Both the position numbers and the translations under genes were made by a program. From positions 55,434,785 through 55,498,784 of the forward strand of contig NC_057719.1 in assembly GCF_004010195.1 (NCBI RefSeq): a stretch of 64,000 nt of DNA. The letters run 5' to 3'. Position 1 is the stretch's first letter. Each line of letters begins with the position of its first letter. Origin of the DNA: Chiloscyllium plagiosum (lineage: Eukaryota). Shown one piece after another: positions 1 to 12,420 of the stretch. The notes beneath the pieces are model-generated. The model did no database searches. It was not told the DNA's origin and saw only the letters and a program-made list of their open reading frames with translations.

Positions 1-265
1 CATTTTCCTTCCCACCTATCCACTCCACCCTCCCTCTGACCTATCACCTTTACCCCCACCTCCATCCACCTATTGAACTCTCAGCAACCTTACCCCCAGC
101 CCCACACGCCCCTCCCATTTACCTCTCCACCCCCTTGGCTCACAGCCTCATTCTGCCTGAAATGTTAATTTTCCTGCTCCTCAGATGCTGCCTGACCTGT
201 TATGTTTTCCAGCACCACACTCTTGACTCTAATCTCCAGCATCTGCAGTCCTCACTTTCACCTAG
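1..265 (+). mobile_element. Penelope-like element, family A, 3' end/pLTR fragment (hammerhead core deleted)
   Basis: C-rich 3'UTR then GATGCTGCCTGACCTG...TCCAGCATCTGCAGTCCTCACTTTC, the same tail as the GIY-YIG-bearing copy at 11501-12010. Confidence 0.8.
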
Positions 266-551
266 GAAGAAACACTGGGCAATTTTGGCACTCACAACCC
301 ACTGGGCAAAAGAGTGGGTTGGCAGGCAGGGATGGAGAGGGGCAAGGAGTCTTATTGATTTTTGATGCAACTAGCTGTACTCTCAGATAACATGGACCAA
401 GAATATCTTGCTATAATGATGATCCAACCGTTTAACCTCTGTTCTTTAAAACTGCATGGAAAACCCCTCATGATATTCCAGCCAAAGGAAAACTGGCAGG
501 AAGTGGAGTTAGAGTCAGAACAGGGTCAAGCAGCTAATTATTTTTTAAAAA

Positions 552-890
552 ATAGAACCATAGAATCCCTACAATGTGGAAACAGACCATTAGATCCAAC
601 AAGTCCACACCAACCCTCTGAAGAGTATCCCACCCAGACCCATACCCCAACCTTATTACTTCACATTACCCCTGACTAATACACTTTACCTAAACATCCG
701 TGAACACTATAGCAATTTAGTATGGCCAATTCACCTAACCTGCATATCTTTGGACTGTAGGAGGAAACTGGAGCAAACCCACACAGATGCCAGAGAATGT
801 ATAAACTCTACACAGACAGCCGCCCGAGGCTGGAATCAAACCCGGGTCCCTGGCAGTGGGAGTCAGCAGTGCTAATCACTGAGCCACTGT
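552..890 (-). mobile_element. HE1/V-SINE-like tRNA-derived SINE
   Basis: Reverse complement reads GTGGCTCAGTGATTAGCACTGCTG...GGGTTTGATTCC (A/B boxes), a V-domain-like body and a CR1-like 3' tail. Confidence 0.8.
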
Positions 891-1142
891 GGATGAGACG
901 TGTTTCTCTAAACCTCACATGTAATCCTTTATGCTTTCCTATCCTCAAACTGAGGTCCACCCAACACTTGACAATTGTTTATTTTGCATGCTTTGCTGAG
1001 AGCACAATATCCCAATTTCTTCATTGACAGGAGCTGGAAAGAAGGAAAACTTGATTTAACTGACAGCTCTAAGATGAGATCAGAAGCTAGTTTTGCATGA
1101 TCTGCTTTATCAATGGTTTATTATTTATGTGAACATGAAAAT

Positions 1143-1472
1143 GTGGGGAGGTAACAGCCAAATGGTATTATCACTAGATTATTAAGGCAGCGGCCCAGGT
1201 AATGTTCAAACTTTGCCATATCAGATCATAGAATTTGAATTCAATTCAAAAACATCTGGAATTAAGTGTCTATTAATGGCCATGTAACCATTATTGATTG
1301 TCAGAAATAAACCCTCTGGTACACTAATATCCTTTAGGGGAGAAAACTGCCATCAAACCTGTTCTACATGTGAAACCGAACCCACAGCAATGTGGTTGAC
1401 TCTGAACAGTTAGGCACTGGCAATAAATGTTGGCCCAGCCAGCGATGCCCACACCCTTAAATGAATAAAAAA
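1143..1472 (+). mobile_element. tRNA-derived SINE with GGCAATAAATGCTGGCC...GCCCAC LINE-type tail
   Basis: Shares CCCACAGCAATGTGGTTGAC and the tail with copies at 14320, 26495 and 48635; A-rich end. Confidence 0.65.
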
Positions 1473-2786
1473 GGGATGCCAAAGGCTCATAGTTTCTGTC
1501 ATTGATACTTGATAAATGCCTGGTTGATTGACATTTTATAGGGTAACAGCAAAATATGTCCTTTTATATTAAAATAAAATTATGATTGTGTATCTTTAAA
1601 CAGTTCCACACATGCTATCCTCATAAAAGGTAATAGATTTTGTATACAGTGTCTACTGGCTGAATGGGCAGGTTTAAGTAGCCATGAAAAGTCATTGGAG
1701 GCTATATGTTGACACTGAGATTATTAGAAGTGACATTAACATGTAGGCAGAATTATACAGTATGGGCCTTTTTAGCTAACCTTTCAAAAGAACCCAAATT
1801 ATCATTCATAACGTCTCTGAGAGGCCATGAGCCTCTAAAAACACTGACATAATTCCATAAAGATTGTAAGGGACTAAGATATGTCAATCCCTTAATTGGA
1901 GCCAACCAGGTCAGAATTGCTATCTGCAGCCTAACCCACACCATCACAAATTGCCATTGGATTTTTAAAAAATTCAAATGCTGCCGGCCATTTCTGAATT
2001 GGCCCATCACCAACTCCCCCTCCCCCCTCCCATTCAACCCGAGGCAGGAAATTCTGCTCCAAACAGTAACTTGCCCTGCTCACACACATCCAATGCTATG
2101 CAGAAATGACTCTCAAATCACTGCAAGTTCATAGACAGTCTGTGTGTAATGAATGACTATTGTCAGCCATTCCTCAACAACTGCAAATTTCAGGTTTCAT
2201 CCACATTCACAAGACAGGATAATGTCCCAGAACATGTTTTAACAGAGGTATACAAAAAGAAAATGCAGCTGAATCTTAAATATTATGCTAATATCTAACA
2301 GTGGCAATATCATAAAATCAGTCTGTCCTGCGGGTGAATGCTTGTATTACCGTAAGTTGCAATATACCATCCATGCATCCAATAGCAAAATTGACAAAGC
2401 ACATGAAGGCCTTTTATTGCAGGTGAAAAACAATAATACAAAGCATTGAAAGAAAAGTTTAGAAATTTTATTAAATTCTTAAAATATTCTATGTTTTAGA
2501 TGGAGTATTTGACAGAAAGGTAGCAGAAGACATTCTAAATAAACTCTATTAACTGCCTTAACTACAACAGAAATTTTAAGTAATATTTGACATTCTTGGT
2601 GAAATAATTGTTCTGCCACCCTGGCTCAATGAGAGTTATTTCTAAATCTATTCCCTGAAAAGTTGATTTAAAAAAAAATTAAGGTCTACTTTATACTACT
2701 AATCTGTACCACGTGCTGTTGGCCTTACCCCCAAACTATTTGCAAATGTTGGAAGCAGATAGTGAATTAAACAATTTGGGATTATC

Positions 2787-2957
2787 AGAGATATCAAATC
2801 CAAGGACATATTCCTCACTAAAAATGGAGTGGTCAAACTGCGTGACTTTGGAATTGCACATCTACTGAACAGTCCCATGGCCTAAACTCACACCTATGTA
2901 GGAACCCCACACTATGTATCTCCAGAAATTTGGGACAATAAACCTTTCAATAACAAA
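2787..2957 (+). pseudogene. NEK3: Processed (intronless) NEK3-like kinase fragment, subdomains VIb-VIII, with in-frame stop
   Basis: Translates [56 protein letters not shown], matching NEK3 HRDIKSKNIFLT.NG.VKLGDFGSARLL.NPMA.A.TYVGTPYYV.PEIWEN.PYNNK; TAA at 2883-2885. Confidence 0.85.
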
Positions 2958-5329
2958 ACCATTGCCACACCATTGTAACAATCCGCATATTTGGTTCACT
3001 GCAATGCTGTTTGTCTACACATCCTATATTAGCTGGGCTATTAATTGTTCACAGTTTCAATATTCCAAGTGCACTGAGTCCACTTGTAGTGCCACATCTA
3101 ATTTGTCACAGTTCAGAGACTGATTCTCGCATGTTACCACCATGAATGACTCAGTATCACAAAATATGCTTGCTATTCCATCAGAGATGCTATTTTTATG
3201 TACATTGTTCTTAAATTATTCATTTTTTAAAGGTTTGTAACTCAATACTTTGGAAATACAAGTAGGAGAAACAAGTAACAAAATCACACAGTAGAACTGC
3301 AGGACAGAGAATTGTTAGAACAATTGGACCATTCAGGTCATCACACCACAGAGTACTCCCAAAGTTTAAACAGCCAGGATTTTCAATTTCTGCCATAAAA
3401 GCAAGCTAGAAGAGAATGCACATATAGTTATCCGCACCTGTAAGTTGTAGTTTGAGCTTTTAAATAAACCTACATAGCTTTTCAAGTAAACTGAATCCAG
3501 GCTACTTAACTTGGGCTACTTACTAATAACACAGTATATACTTTTGAGGCACGCCAATAGCCTCCTTAAGGAATAATCCAGAGCCATATCAGCATCAAAA
3601 ACCTTTGGCCAGAAGGAACAAGGCTCTGTTGGAGGGAAAGAAAGTAAAGGATTAGAAGAAATATGCATAACTAGATATTATTTTGTTTCTCAACTGTCAG
3701 CATCAAAAATCTATATAGCCAAAATATGAATCGTGTGTTGTCATAGACACAAAAGAAGTGGAGACACAACATTATAACTGTCTTGTGAGATTGCAATTTT
3801 ATTTTCCTCAGCATCATCAGCTGTCAACATTTCCAAATGTAGACAAATCATAATGCTTCATTGCAAATGTAACATTATTGTAGGAACATTTTCTTAAGTC
3901 ATAAATATTGAGAATGCTGTGATTTGCGCAATTCATGATCTATGTAGTCAGTTCTAGATAATACAAGCGTGGAATGTGTCAAGAAGTTGTCAATTCTCAG
4001 CTTACTTCATATGCATCTGGAATAAATTTATTTTCAAAGATCATTGCTTTGATTATGCGTGGTTGAGTACAAATTGGGATATAATTCAACAAGGGATAAA
4101 TTTGAAATTCTAATTGATGCACAAAGTGTCAATGAAATCTGTTAAGGTGCACAACCAAAACGTACATGTCATGTTCATCAACAATGATATACCAAACATG
4201 TGCAGCTTCATTTCAAATAATTACAGAGGCACAAGTTCAATTTTTACATGGATACATCTATGAATCTTCCTAATAGTGAAAATGTCTCCTGAATCGGATT
4301 TGACATCTAATTGGATAATTTCCAATTTTTGTTTGGTAAAATGAATGTTTTCTCCACAAGAGATAGCCAGAATACAAAAAAATCTCTTCAAATAGCAGTT
4401 AGCCTTCTCAACATTTTTTTGATAGCAATATTAAAAAAATTTGGTTCACTGCAGGATCTGTTTTGTGATAATTCATTTTTCCAAGTGTAATGTTTTTGGC
4501 ATTTAGGTCATACAAATAATAAGTCAAAATTTAAGACCATCCGCTCTCTCCTACCTTTGTCCTTCTTTAGGCTATTACTACTAATATTCTGCTCACTTCC
4601 TTTTCTCCTGCTTAATGGAGGCTTCAAAATTATGAAGTGGTTTAGTAGGATGGCAGCAGAGAAGATGGTGGAATTCTTTGCTCCCTGGGGCGGTGCAGTC
4701 AATGGTAACAAAATTGGGAAAGAAAGCAATCAGAATCTCAGCTTCAAGAAAATACTTCCCAATTTTCCTTAAGCTATAAATGTCGACTTCAGAATCTCAC
4801 TGTGGAGGCAATAACTGCCTGATTTCCTTGCATTTTCATCTCATTATCATTCCAACCCACCTGAATTCTACGTCACTTCCAACTATCATCCCCTGACCAA
4901 ATGAAATTAAGTAGCGCCTACTCACAATTTGAAAATCAAAGCAACTTCCCCTTGCTGTTTGCTTCTCTGAGCCTTCATCCAACTCTGCTTCCCCACAATA
5001 TCCGTGCACACTCCATGGACACTGCCCTCCTCCATTCATCATCCACACAAGGCAGCAGCAAACCAACTAGCCTCACCATATCATCATGTCTGCTTTTAGA
5101 ACAGCTCACGTATCGCTTCAGCTTTTCAAGACTTGACTTTGAAGCTCAGGACAATGTATGGCTTGCATGATACAGCCAAGAGACTTTGTACACAGGGACA
5201 CCCATGCATCTGCACAGGAAACATCTTATGGCTACTAGCTTTATTTCTTAGTGCTCAGTCGCTTTGTGCTTAATTGAAGACTCAGTTTCTATGATTTTCA
5301 ATGTTTTTCACCACACAGACTCTTCAATG

Positions 5330-5870
5330 CTGAGATACAGGCTACCAGTCTTTGTAGCTTGCGGTGCCTTCATAGTACAGGCAGAGATGCAGGCAGTTTG
5401 TCCCATTGAGGAGCACTGTCCAGTCAAGGCTCAGACACATTACTGTTCTGCAAAGTGCTACATCAATGTCACACCTGTGATATATTGCAGTGTTGGAATC
5501 CCAATTTGCATACTGACCAATGAGAGTAGGTGTTTGGTGGACAGCAGTAGAGAACCCACCGACTGATTTCTTAACGGAGGAAACATTCCCGAAAATTGGC
5601 AGATTGTATCAAACAGCATATCCCTATGGCTACTTGTACCAAGCTAGGCACTGACAGTACCCAAACTGCCTGCATTTACAAAAAAGCAACACAACCTTAG
5701 ATGTGATTCTGAAATTAGACAACATTTGCTGGATAATCCTGAGTGTGTGAATATTTGCATAGATGAATTTGCGATTTACTGTTGGACTCGCACTTAAATG
5801 TTCTTGAAGCTAAATATATTAATTCTCAGTGCTCTATATTTTGCAGCAAGAAAGAAGGGGTTTTGCTTTA
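5330..5870 (+). mobile_element. Old Penelope-like GIY-YIG ORF remnant (distinct family)
   Basis: Fragments LADCIKQHIP, DSEIRQHLLDNPECVN and HLNVLEAKYINSQCSIFCSKKE resemble PLE endonuclease C-terminal motifs (LADRIKQHVP / DSAIGQHLLDNP / LLEA.YI....P.LC.QKE). Confidence 0.65.
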
Positions 5871-5899
5871 CTAAAAATTAGCCAACTATTATTTTTATG

Positions 5900-6015
5900 T
5901 TAGACTCGAAACATCAGCTCTTTTCTCTCCTTACAGATGCTGCCAGACCTGCTGAGATTTTCCAGCATTTTCTCTTTTGGTTTCAGATTACAGTATCCGC
6001 AGTAATTTGTTTTTA
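5900..6015 (+). mobile_element. Penelope-like pLTR fragment (family A relative)
   Basis: TAGACTCGAAACATCAGC...GATGCTGCCAGACCTGCTGAGATTTTCCAGC; starts inside the hammerhead stem II/GAAAC. Confidence 0.6.
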
Positions 6016-6487
6016 TTATTATTATTTTTGATGATTTGTACATTGATGGGATGGAAACATTTTCTGTTGAAGTAATCATCTATGTTATGACATAGTTCTC
6101 TCAATGCAATATGTATATTGTATAATCACATCCTGCAGCTGGGGGAAAGCAAGCTATCCTGGCCAAGCCTGGGCTACAACACTGACTTGCTCATGGGGAA
6201 AAGAGATGTAACAGTTTGATCAAGCACAAAATTACAACAATAACAACCTGAATATATTTGTGGATTGAGGATTGCAAGATCCCACATAAGGCCCCAATGA
6301 AAGCTGCCAGTTGTATTAAGGATTAAAGCCACTATTATTTTGAAACCTCCTGGGGTAGGTTGGCCAGCCACAACTTCAGGCCCCATGTCTCACTCCAGCA
6401 ATTAGCCTAGTTCTGTGAAGATGTCCTCACTCTGTGATGATATTGCATTGTACTCATCTGGAGATAACAGCACAGAGGATGATAGAG

Positions 6488-6689
6488 TCAAGAGTGCAGT
6501 GCTGGAAAAGCACAGAATCCAAGGAGCAGGAGAATCGATGTTTCAGGTATAAGCTCTTCATTCCTGATGCAGGGCTTATACCTGAAACGTCGATTCTCCT
6601 GCTCCTCGGATGCTGCCTGACCTGCTGTGGTTTTCCAGCACTACACTCTCGCCTCTGAGCTCCAGCATCTGCCGTCCTCACTTTCTCCT
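6488..6689 (+). mobile_element. Penelope-like family A fold-back insertion
   Basis: Inverted arm 6488-6560 then direct arm; TSD AGAGGATGATAGAG at 6474-6487 and 6690-6703; hammerhead core mutated (CTGATGC). Confidence 0.85.
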
Positions 6690-6703
6690 AGAGGATGATA
6701 GAG

Positions 6704-7005
6704 CCTGAGCTCAAGTATGTAAATTAGCTTGCTGAGCAGGAAGGTTTGCTTTCAGATGTTTTGTCACTCGGTCACATCATCAGTGAGAGTCTCCAGTGAA
6801 GCATTGGTGGTATGTCCCATCTCTCTATTTACAGGTCTTGGTTTCTTAAAGTGGGTAATGTCATTTCCAGTTCTTTTCTTCAAGGCAAGGTATATAGGAT
6901 CTAAATCGATGCGTTTATTGATGGTGTTCTGGTTGAATGCCATGCCTCTAAGAAATCTCATGCATGTGTTTGTTTCGCCTGTCCTAGGATGTGTGTTGTC
7001 CCAGT
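6704..7005 (-). mobile_element. Penelope-like family C 3' end
   Basis: ORF 6764-7084(-) contains AFNQNTINKRIDLDPIY; homologous to 46770-47226; decayed hammerhead near 6750-6790. Confidence 0.8.
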
Positions 7006-7867
7006 CTGAGCTTCTTCTAACTCTTCCACATCCTGAAGGGACCTTCAGTTGCATCATCTTCCAGTGAAGGATATTTGCAACCAAAGGTTGCTGTTGGCCA
7101 CGAGCTTACTGGTGCGTCTGGTTTTCCTCCATTTCTATGTCCCTTTATCACACCACAACAACAGCAATAGTAATCCGTGCTGTGGTTCAATCCATCAGTT
7201 ACATTTACAGTGAACCTATAAGCAGAACAGGTCCACAGCTTCACCAAGCCAACCTGTAGAATTGAGTAAAAATCCCCATCATCTAAAATACTGGACAAAA
7301 CTTGGATTTTTCAAAACTTTTAAAAGTAAAGGGGGCAGCTGGGCTGGGCAAACACAGAGATGACTGACTGGAACCACTGTTCAGCCTGGAATTCCAATTC
7401 TCACTCTGAGAGAACAATTAACCAAACTAGCACTCTAGACTGAAATTAACTTTTACACCTCAGGCTAGCCAGCACTGACAGTACGGGACTACGCAGATAC
7501 TGAACATTCAACTTCAATTGAAATCTATTTGCACATACTCTTAACTATCAGGAAGGAAACACCAGACACACAATGGATGACACAGATTTGAGGGGAGATA
7601 ACGGGGCAGACAGTCTGTATAACTGCTAGCCCTGATCTGACCTGAGGAGACAGCCTTTTTCAACAACGGCTTCCCCACAGGCTCCAGCCCCAACAAGCAG
7701 CTTCAGAACCAAGGATTGGCGAGGCTGAACAGAGAAGCTGCATCAGGGAGACAAACCAAAGCCATCATCAGAATAAAGGAGACCCGACAGGGAGTAAGCC
7801 GACCAAGCGCTGTCTGAACAAGGGCTTCCAGACACTGGCCTGTTCTGAACCAAAGGAATCTACGGTG

Positions 7868-8350
7868 GAAAGATGTTGTGAAACTTGAAAGGGTTCAGAA
7901 AAGATTTGCAAGGACGTTGCCAAGGTTGGAGGATTTGAGATATAGGGAGAGGCTGAACAGGCTGGGGCTGCTTTCCCTGGAGGCTGACAGGTGACCTTAT
8001 AGAGGTTTACAAAATTATGAGGGGCATGGATAGGATAAATAGACAAAGTCTTTTCCCTGGGGTCATGGAGTCCAGAACTAGGGTCAGAGGGGAGAGATAT
8101 AAAAGAGACCTAAGGGGCAACATTTTCACGCAGAGGGTGGTACGTATATGGAATGAGCTGCCAGAGGAAGTGGTGGAGGTTGGTACAATTGAAACATTTA
8201 AGAGGCATTTGGATGGGTATATGAATATGAATTTGGAGGGATATGGGCCAGGTGCTGGCAGGTGGGACTAGATTGGGTTGGGATATCTGGTCGACATGGA
8301 CGGGTTGGACCGAAGGGTCTGTTTCCATGCTGTACATCTCTATGACTCTA
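7868..8350 (+). mobile_element. CR1 LINE family 1 (HER1-like), 5'-truncated
   Basis: RT C-terminus (IMRGMDRINRQSLFP...FTQRVVRIWNELP) and (CTCTATGA)n tail. Confidence 0.9.
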
Positions 8351-9225
8351 TAACTGGGTGCACTTTAAAACTGTGTTTTTTCTCAGTGGTGAGCTTAAAA
8401 TCCTGAGACTGCCAAAGTTTCTGAGCCAGCTAGCAGGGAAGGAGAGGAGGATGGTAACAGTGCAGTGGGACCCCAATGGTAAGGAAGTCTGATTAAAGTA
8501 TCTGTGATTAAAACTGCTGTTTAGCTTCAAATAGTGTTTAATCTGTTTAATGTAATAGTGTATTTAATTATTGTCCTCTGTATAATTGATAGTGATGATT
8601 TCACTGGTTGTTGCATTTTACCTTTATTTTCTTGCATCTAACTTTTTTTTGTATTGGAAAGAAGCACTGACATTCTTTTTCCCGAAACACCTGTCTGTTG
8701 TTTTCTTCATCTCACATTCCCTAACTAAGTCCAGTGTTTGAACTTGGAATGTGGGGGTGATTTGAACTACTTAATGTCAGCAAATTACTGAGTGCAAGCC
8801 AGAACCCTACAGACCACATTAAGCTGTCAACTATCAAAGCCAGGGTGGATGTGTCCTTTGTTAACACTTCATTCCTACAGTAACCTGTGCTCGCCAATGC
8901 ATAATTATGTGGTCTGTGATATGTTATTGTTATCCCAGCTGTTTCTTTAATCCCAGCCACCTTCCCAATTGTCAGAAGTGACTTCCCTAACTTTTGCACC
9001 ATAGCCATTGCCCCTGACCATCAATCAACTAACCCCCAAGGAGTGGCTATGACCCACCTCCTTGACCGAAATGGATGGGCAGCCCCGGGTTTCTGAACCC
9101 CAGAATAATCTGTACGCATTTCCCAGACTGACTTCTCACAAGCTCCCTGAATGGTTGCACTGCATCTGACCCATTTTCTGGATTATAAAGCTATGGATGG
9201 ACTCTTTGACCTTGAATTCCTGATG

Positions 9226-10440
9226 TATAGACTGGTGAGACTGACGTCGGTGGTGGGCAAGTTGTTCGAGGGAATCCTGAGGGACAGTATTTACACATAT
9301 TTGGAAAGGCAGGGACTGATTAGGGATAGTCAACATGGCTTTGCGTGTGGGAAATCATGTATCATGAACTTGATTGAGTTTTTTGAAAAAGATGAGGGGA
9401 GAGCGGTGAACGTGATCTATATGGACTTCAGTAAGGCGTACAACAAGGTTCTCCTTGGGAGACTGGTTAGCAAGGTTAGATCTCATAGAATACAGGGAGA
9501 ACTAGCCATTTGGCTACAGAACTGGCTCAAAGGTCGAAGACAGAGGGTAGTGGTGGAGGGTTGTTTTCAGACTGGAAGGCCATGACCAGTGGAGTGCCAC
9601 AAGGATTGGTGCTGGGTCCACTTCTTTTCATCATTTATATAAATGATTTGGATGTGAACATAGAAGATATTGTTAGTAAGTTTGCAGATAACACCAAAAT
9701 TGGAGATGTAGTGGACAGCGAAGAAGGATACCTCAGATTACAACTGGATCTTGATCATATGAGCAAATGGGATGAGGAATGGCAGATGGAGTTTAGTTTA
9801 GATAAAAGCGAGGTGCTGCATTTTGGGAAAGCAAATCTTGGCAGGGCTTAAACACTTAATGGTAAGGTCCTAGGGAGTGTTGCTGAACAAAGAGACCTTG
9901 GAGTGCAGGTTCATAGCTCCTTGAAAGTACAGTTGCAGGTAATGAAGAAGGTGTTTGGTATGCTTTCCTTTACTGGACAGAGTATTGAGTACAGGAGTTG
10001 GGAGGTCATGTTGCGGCTGTACAGGACATTGGTTAGGCCACTTTTTGAATATTACATGCAATTCTGGTCTCCTTCTTATCAAAAGGCTGTTGTGAAACTT
10101 GAATGGGTTCAGAAAAGATTTATAAGGATGTTGCCAGGGTTGGAGGATTTGAGCTACAGGAAAAGGCTGAATAGGCTGGGACTGTTTTCCCTGGAGTGTC
10201 GGAGGCTGAGGGGTGACTTTATAGAGATTTATAAAATCATGAGGGGCATGGATAGGGTAAATAGACAAGGTCTTTTCCCTGATGCAGCACAATGCTCCAA
10301 AAGCTCTTGTTTCCAAATAAACCTGTTGACTATAACCTTGTGTTGTGGCACTAGATTAGGTTGGCATATCTGGTCGGCCTAGTCAAGTTAGATCAAAGAG
10401 TCTGTTTCTGTGTTGTACGTCTCTCTGACTCTATGACTCT
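9226..10440 (+). mobile_element. CR1 LINE family 1, RT region, with a Penelope segment replacing part of the 3' end
   Basis: SQHGF, YMDFSKAY, SGVPQG.VLGPLLFIIYINDL, SKFADNTK; (CTCTATGA)n tail; foreign segment at about 10279-10347. Confidence 0.9.
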
Positions 10441-11066
10441 AAGTGGCTGACTGGCCATGTCTAGACCTCTGGACAAAAAGCAGATGATACCTTTGACTGA
10501 AAGCATTCTCCTTTAGCCTGACTGAGGACTTCTCCCCTTAGAGATTAAGCCAGGGGCATTTGGTTGCACCACACTCAGTGTGTTTGCCTTGCAAACTGCT
10601 GGAACATGATGCAGGTGAGAGATTGATGTAGTATGGTGCCGAACAGCAACATAGCTAGCCCCTTTGACTGATCACTGCTGGCAACCCTGATAAGCTACTT
10701 GGTGTTTTGTGAGCCATTAAGCTCTGGCTGAGGAGGCAAAAAAGCAAGACAAGGCAGAGATGCTGCCAGCTTCCAAGTAAACACAAAGTGAGATGAGTGG
10801 TAAGAAAGTGCTTAGATACACCTTGTTCAAATCCATGAGATTGAATGGATATCTGTCCCTGTGCAGTGTCCTGTCAGTAGCATAACAAGAATAGATGCCA
10901 GTAAACTTTAATGTATAACTTTGAAGTGCAGAACTGCATTTTAAGTGGATCAGAGATGTGACATCAAGGTGGGGTGAGGTTGGTATGTGTCTGATGCCAA
11001 CACTAATGAATGGAGAATGTGGGAAATCGCTGGTGAATGTGTGTGAATCAATCTAAACATCATGGC

Positions 11067-11376
11067 ACAGACAGAGAACACTGGGGGCTAACACCTTCAA
11101 CATACTGTCTAGCTAATACCAATTGTTACAGATAACCTGAGAATGCAACTTTAAAAGAAAGGTCTTGTGATTTACACATGAAAGAAGTGAAACTATCATG
11201 GTATTCGAACAGATGAAAGACTCAGCAGACAATCAAGGTATTTTTCAATGTATAATTTCAGTTACATCACACTGTAAACTTTTACTATAAATTCTGTGCC
11301 TTACAAATGTGGCCTCCACAACCATCTGATGAAGGAGCCGCGCTCCGAAAGCTAGTGCTTCCAATTAAACCTGTTG
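11067..11376 (+). mobile_element. Penelope-like family B 3'UTR/pLTR
   Basis: Ends in CTGATGAAGGAGCCGCGCTCCGAAAGCTAGTGCTTCCAATTAAACCTGTTG; homologous to 54791-54885 and 59200-59500. Assignment to PLEs is inferred from the hammerhead and fold-back behaviour. Confidence 0.7.
11323..11357 (+). ncRNA. Minimal type I hammerhead ribozyme (family B)
   Basis: CAU-CUGAUGA-A-GGAGC(CGC)GCUCC-GAAA-GCUA^GUG; stem I CAU/GUG, palindromic AGCU stem III region. Confidence 0.75.
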
Positions 11377-11500
11377 TGGATTTTAGTGTGGAGAACATCC
11401 AAGAGTGGGTCATGCACCAAGTATGCTTTGAAGATGGTGTTTGCATCCTCAGTACCTCATACAAGCCCAGTTTACAAGTCTTAATAAGGCTTGCAATGAA

Positions 11501-12010
11501 CACCTCTGGGACATTTGGACCAACCAACCCAAGCACCGCGTGGCTCAACACTTCAACTCCCCCTCCCACTCCACCAAGGACGTGCAGGTTCTTGGACTCC
11601 TCCATCGCCAGACCATGGCAACACAATGGTTGGAGGAAGAGCGCCTCATCTTCCGCCTGGGAACCCTCCAACCACAAGGGATGAACTCAGATTTCTCCAG
11701 TTTCCTCATTTCCCCTCTCCCCACCTTGTCTCAGTCAAATCCCTCGAACTCAGCACCGCCTTCCTAACCTGCGATCTTCTTCCTGACCTCTCCGCCCCCA
11801 CCCCACTCCGGCCTATCACCCTCACCTTGACCTCCCTCCACCTATTGCATTTCCAACGCCCCTCCCCCAAGTCCCTCCTCCCTACCTTTTATCTTAGCCT
11901 GCTGGACCCACTTTCCTCATTCCTGAAGAAGGGCTTATGCCCGAAACGTCGATTCTCCTGTTCCTTGGATGCTGCCTGACCTGCTGCGCTTTTCCAGCAA
12001 CACATTTTCA
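11501..12010 (+). mobile_element. Penelope-like family A, GIY-YIG C-terminus plus pLTR
   Basis: EHLWDI..NQPKHRVAQHFNSPSHS.KDVQVLGLL...LEEERLIFRLGTLQPQGMN; TSD GCTTGCAATGAA at 11489-11500 and 12011-12022. Confidence 0.9.
11919..11954 (+). ncRNA. Minimal type I hammerhead ribozyme (family A)
   Basis: UC-CUGAAGA-A-GGGC(UUAU)GCCC-GAAAC-GUC^GA; intact core, palindromic ACGU, very short stem I. Confidence 0.75.
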
Positions 12011-12317
12011 GCTTGCAATGAAGTCAGGTGAATTTCTGCTGAAGAAAACAATTGTGTTAAAAAATTACCATGAGGTGATGGAAATGTATGAATGTATTGT
12101 GATTTTAAGTCCCTACTAACTAGCTTTTACTGAATGAAGTGAATTAAAAGACAATTGTGTTTCTATGTCCAAAAAATCAAACTTTGCTCAGAGAGTCACT
12201 TATGAAAGTCAAGCAGTTGAACAGGATATGTTTTCATGCGCAGAGAAAATTTTTAATTTCATATTTTCCTTTAAAGAGAAAGGAAGAAATGTGTAAGGAA
12301 CAGCTTAATTCTTTTGA

Positions 12318-12420
12318 GCTCTCATGGTACAGTGGTCATGTTCCAAACTCTGGGTCAGAAGGTCCAAATTCAAGTCCCATTTGTCCTAGATATGTGTCAT
12401 AATATCTGAATAGATTGACT
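12318..12420 (+). mobile_element. Short tRNA-derived SINE
   Basis: TGGTACAGTGG A-box and AATTCAAGTCC B-box-like motif; related to 18988-19220 and 37840-37935. Confidence 0.55.

Noticed and set aside
2787-2957. Functional NEK exon of a resident gene
   Set aside because: In-frame stop, altered conserved residues, no GT donor at the end, and no other kinase exons found in the window
7330-8716. Solo LTR interrupted by the CR1 at 7868
   Set aside because: LTR-like composition and a CA end, but no defined TG start or TSD
9870-10316. Minus-strand ORFs overlapping CR1 copies (also 7768, 35180, 36301, 62012)
   Set aside because: Antisense shadow frames of CR1 ORF2 or 3'UTR, repeated in many copies
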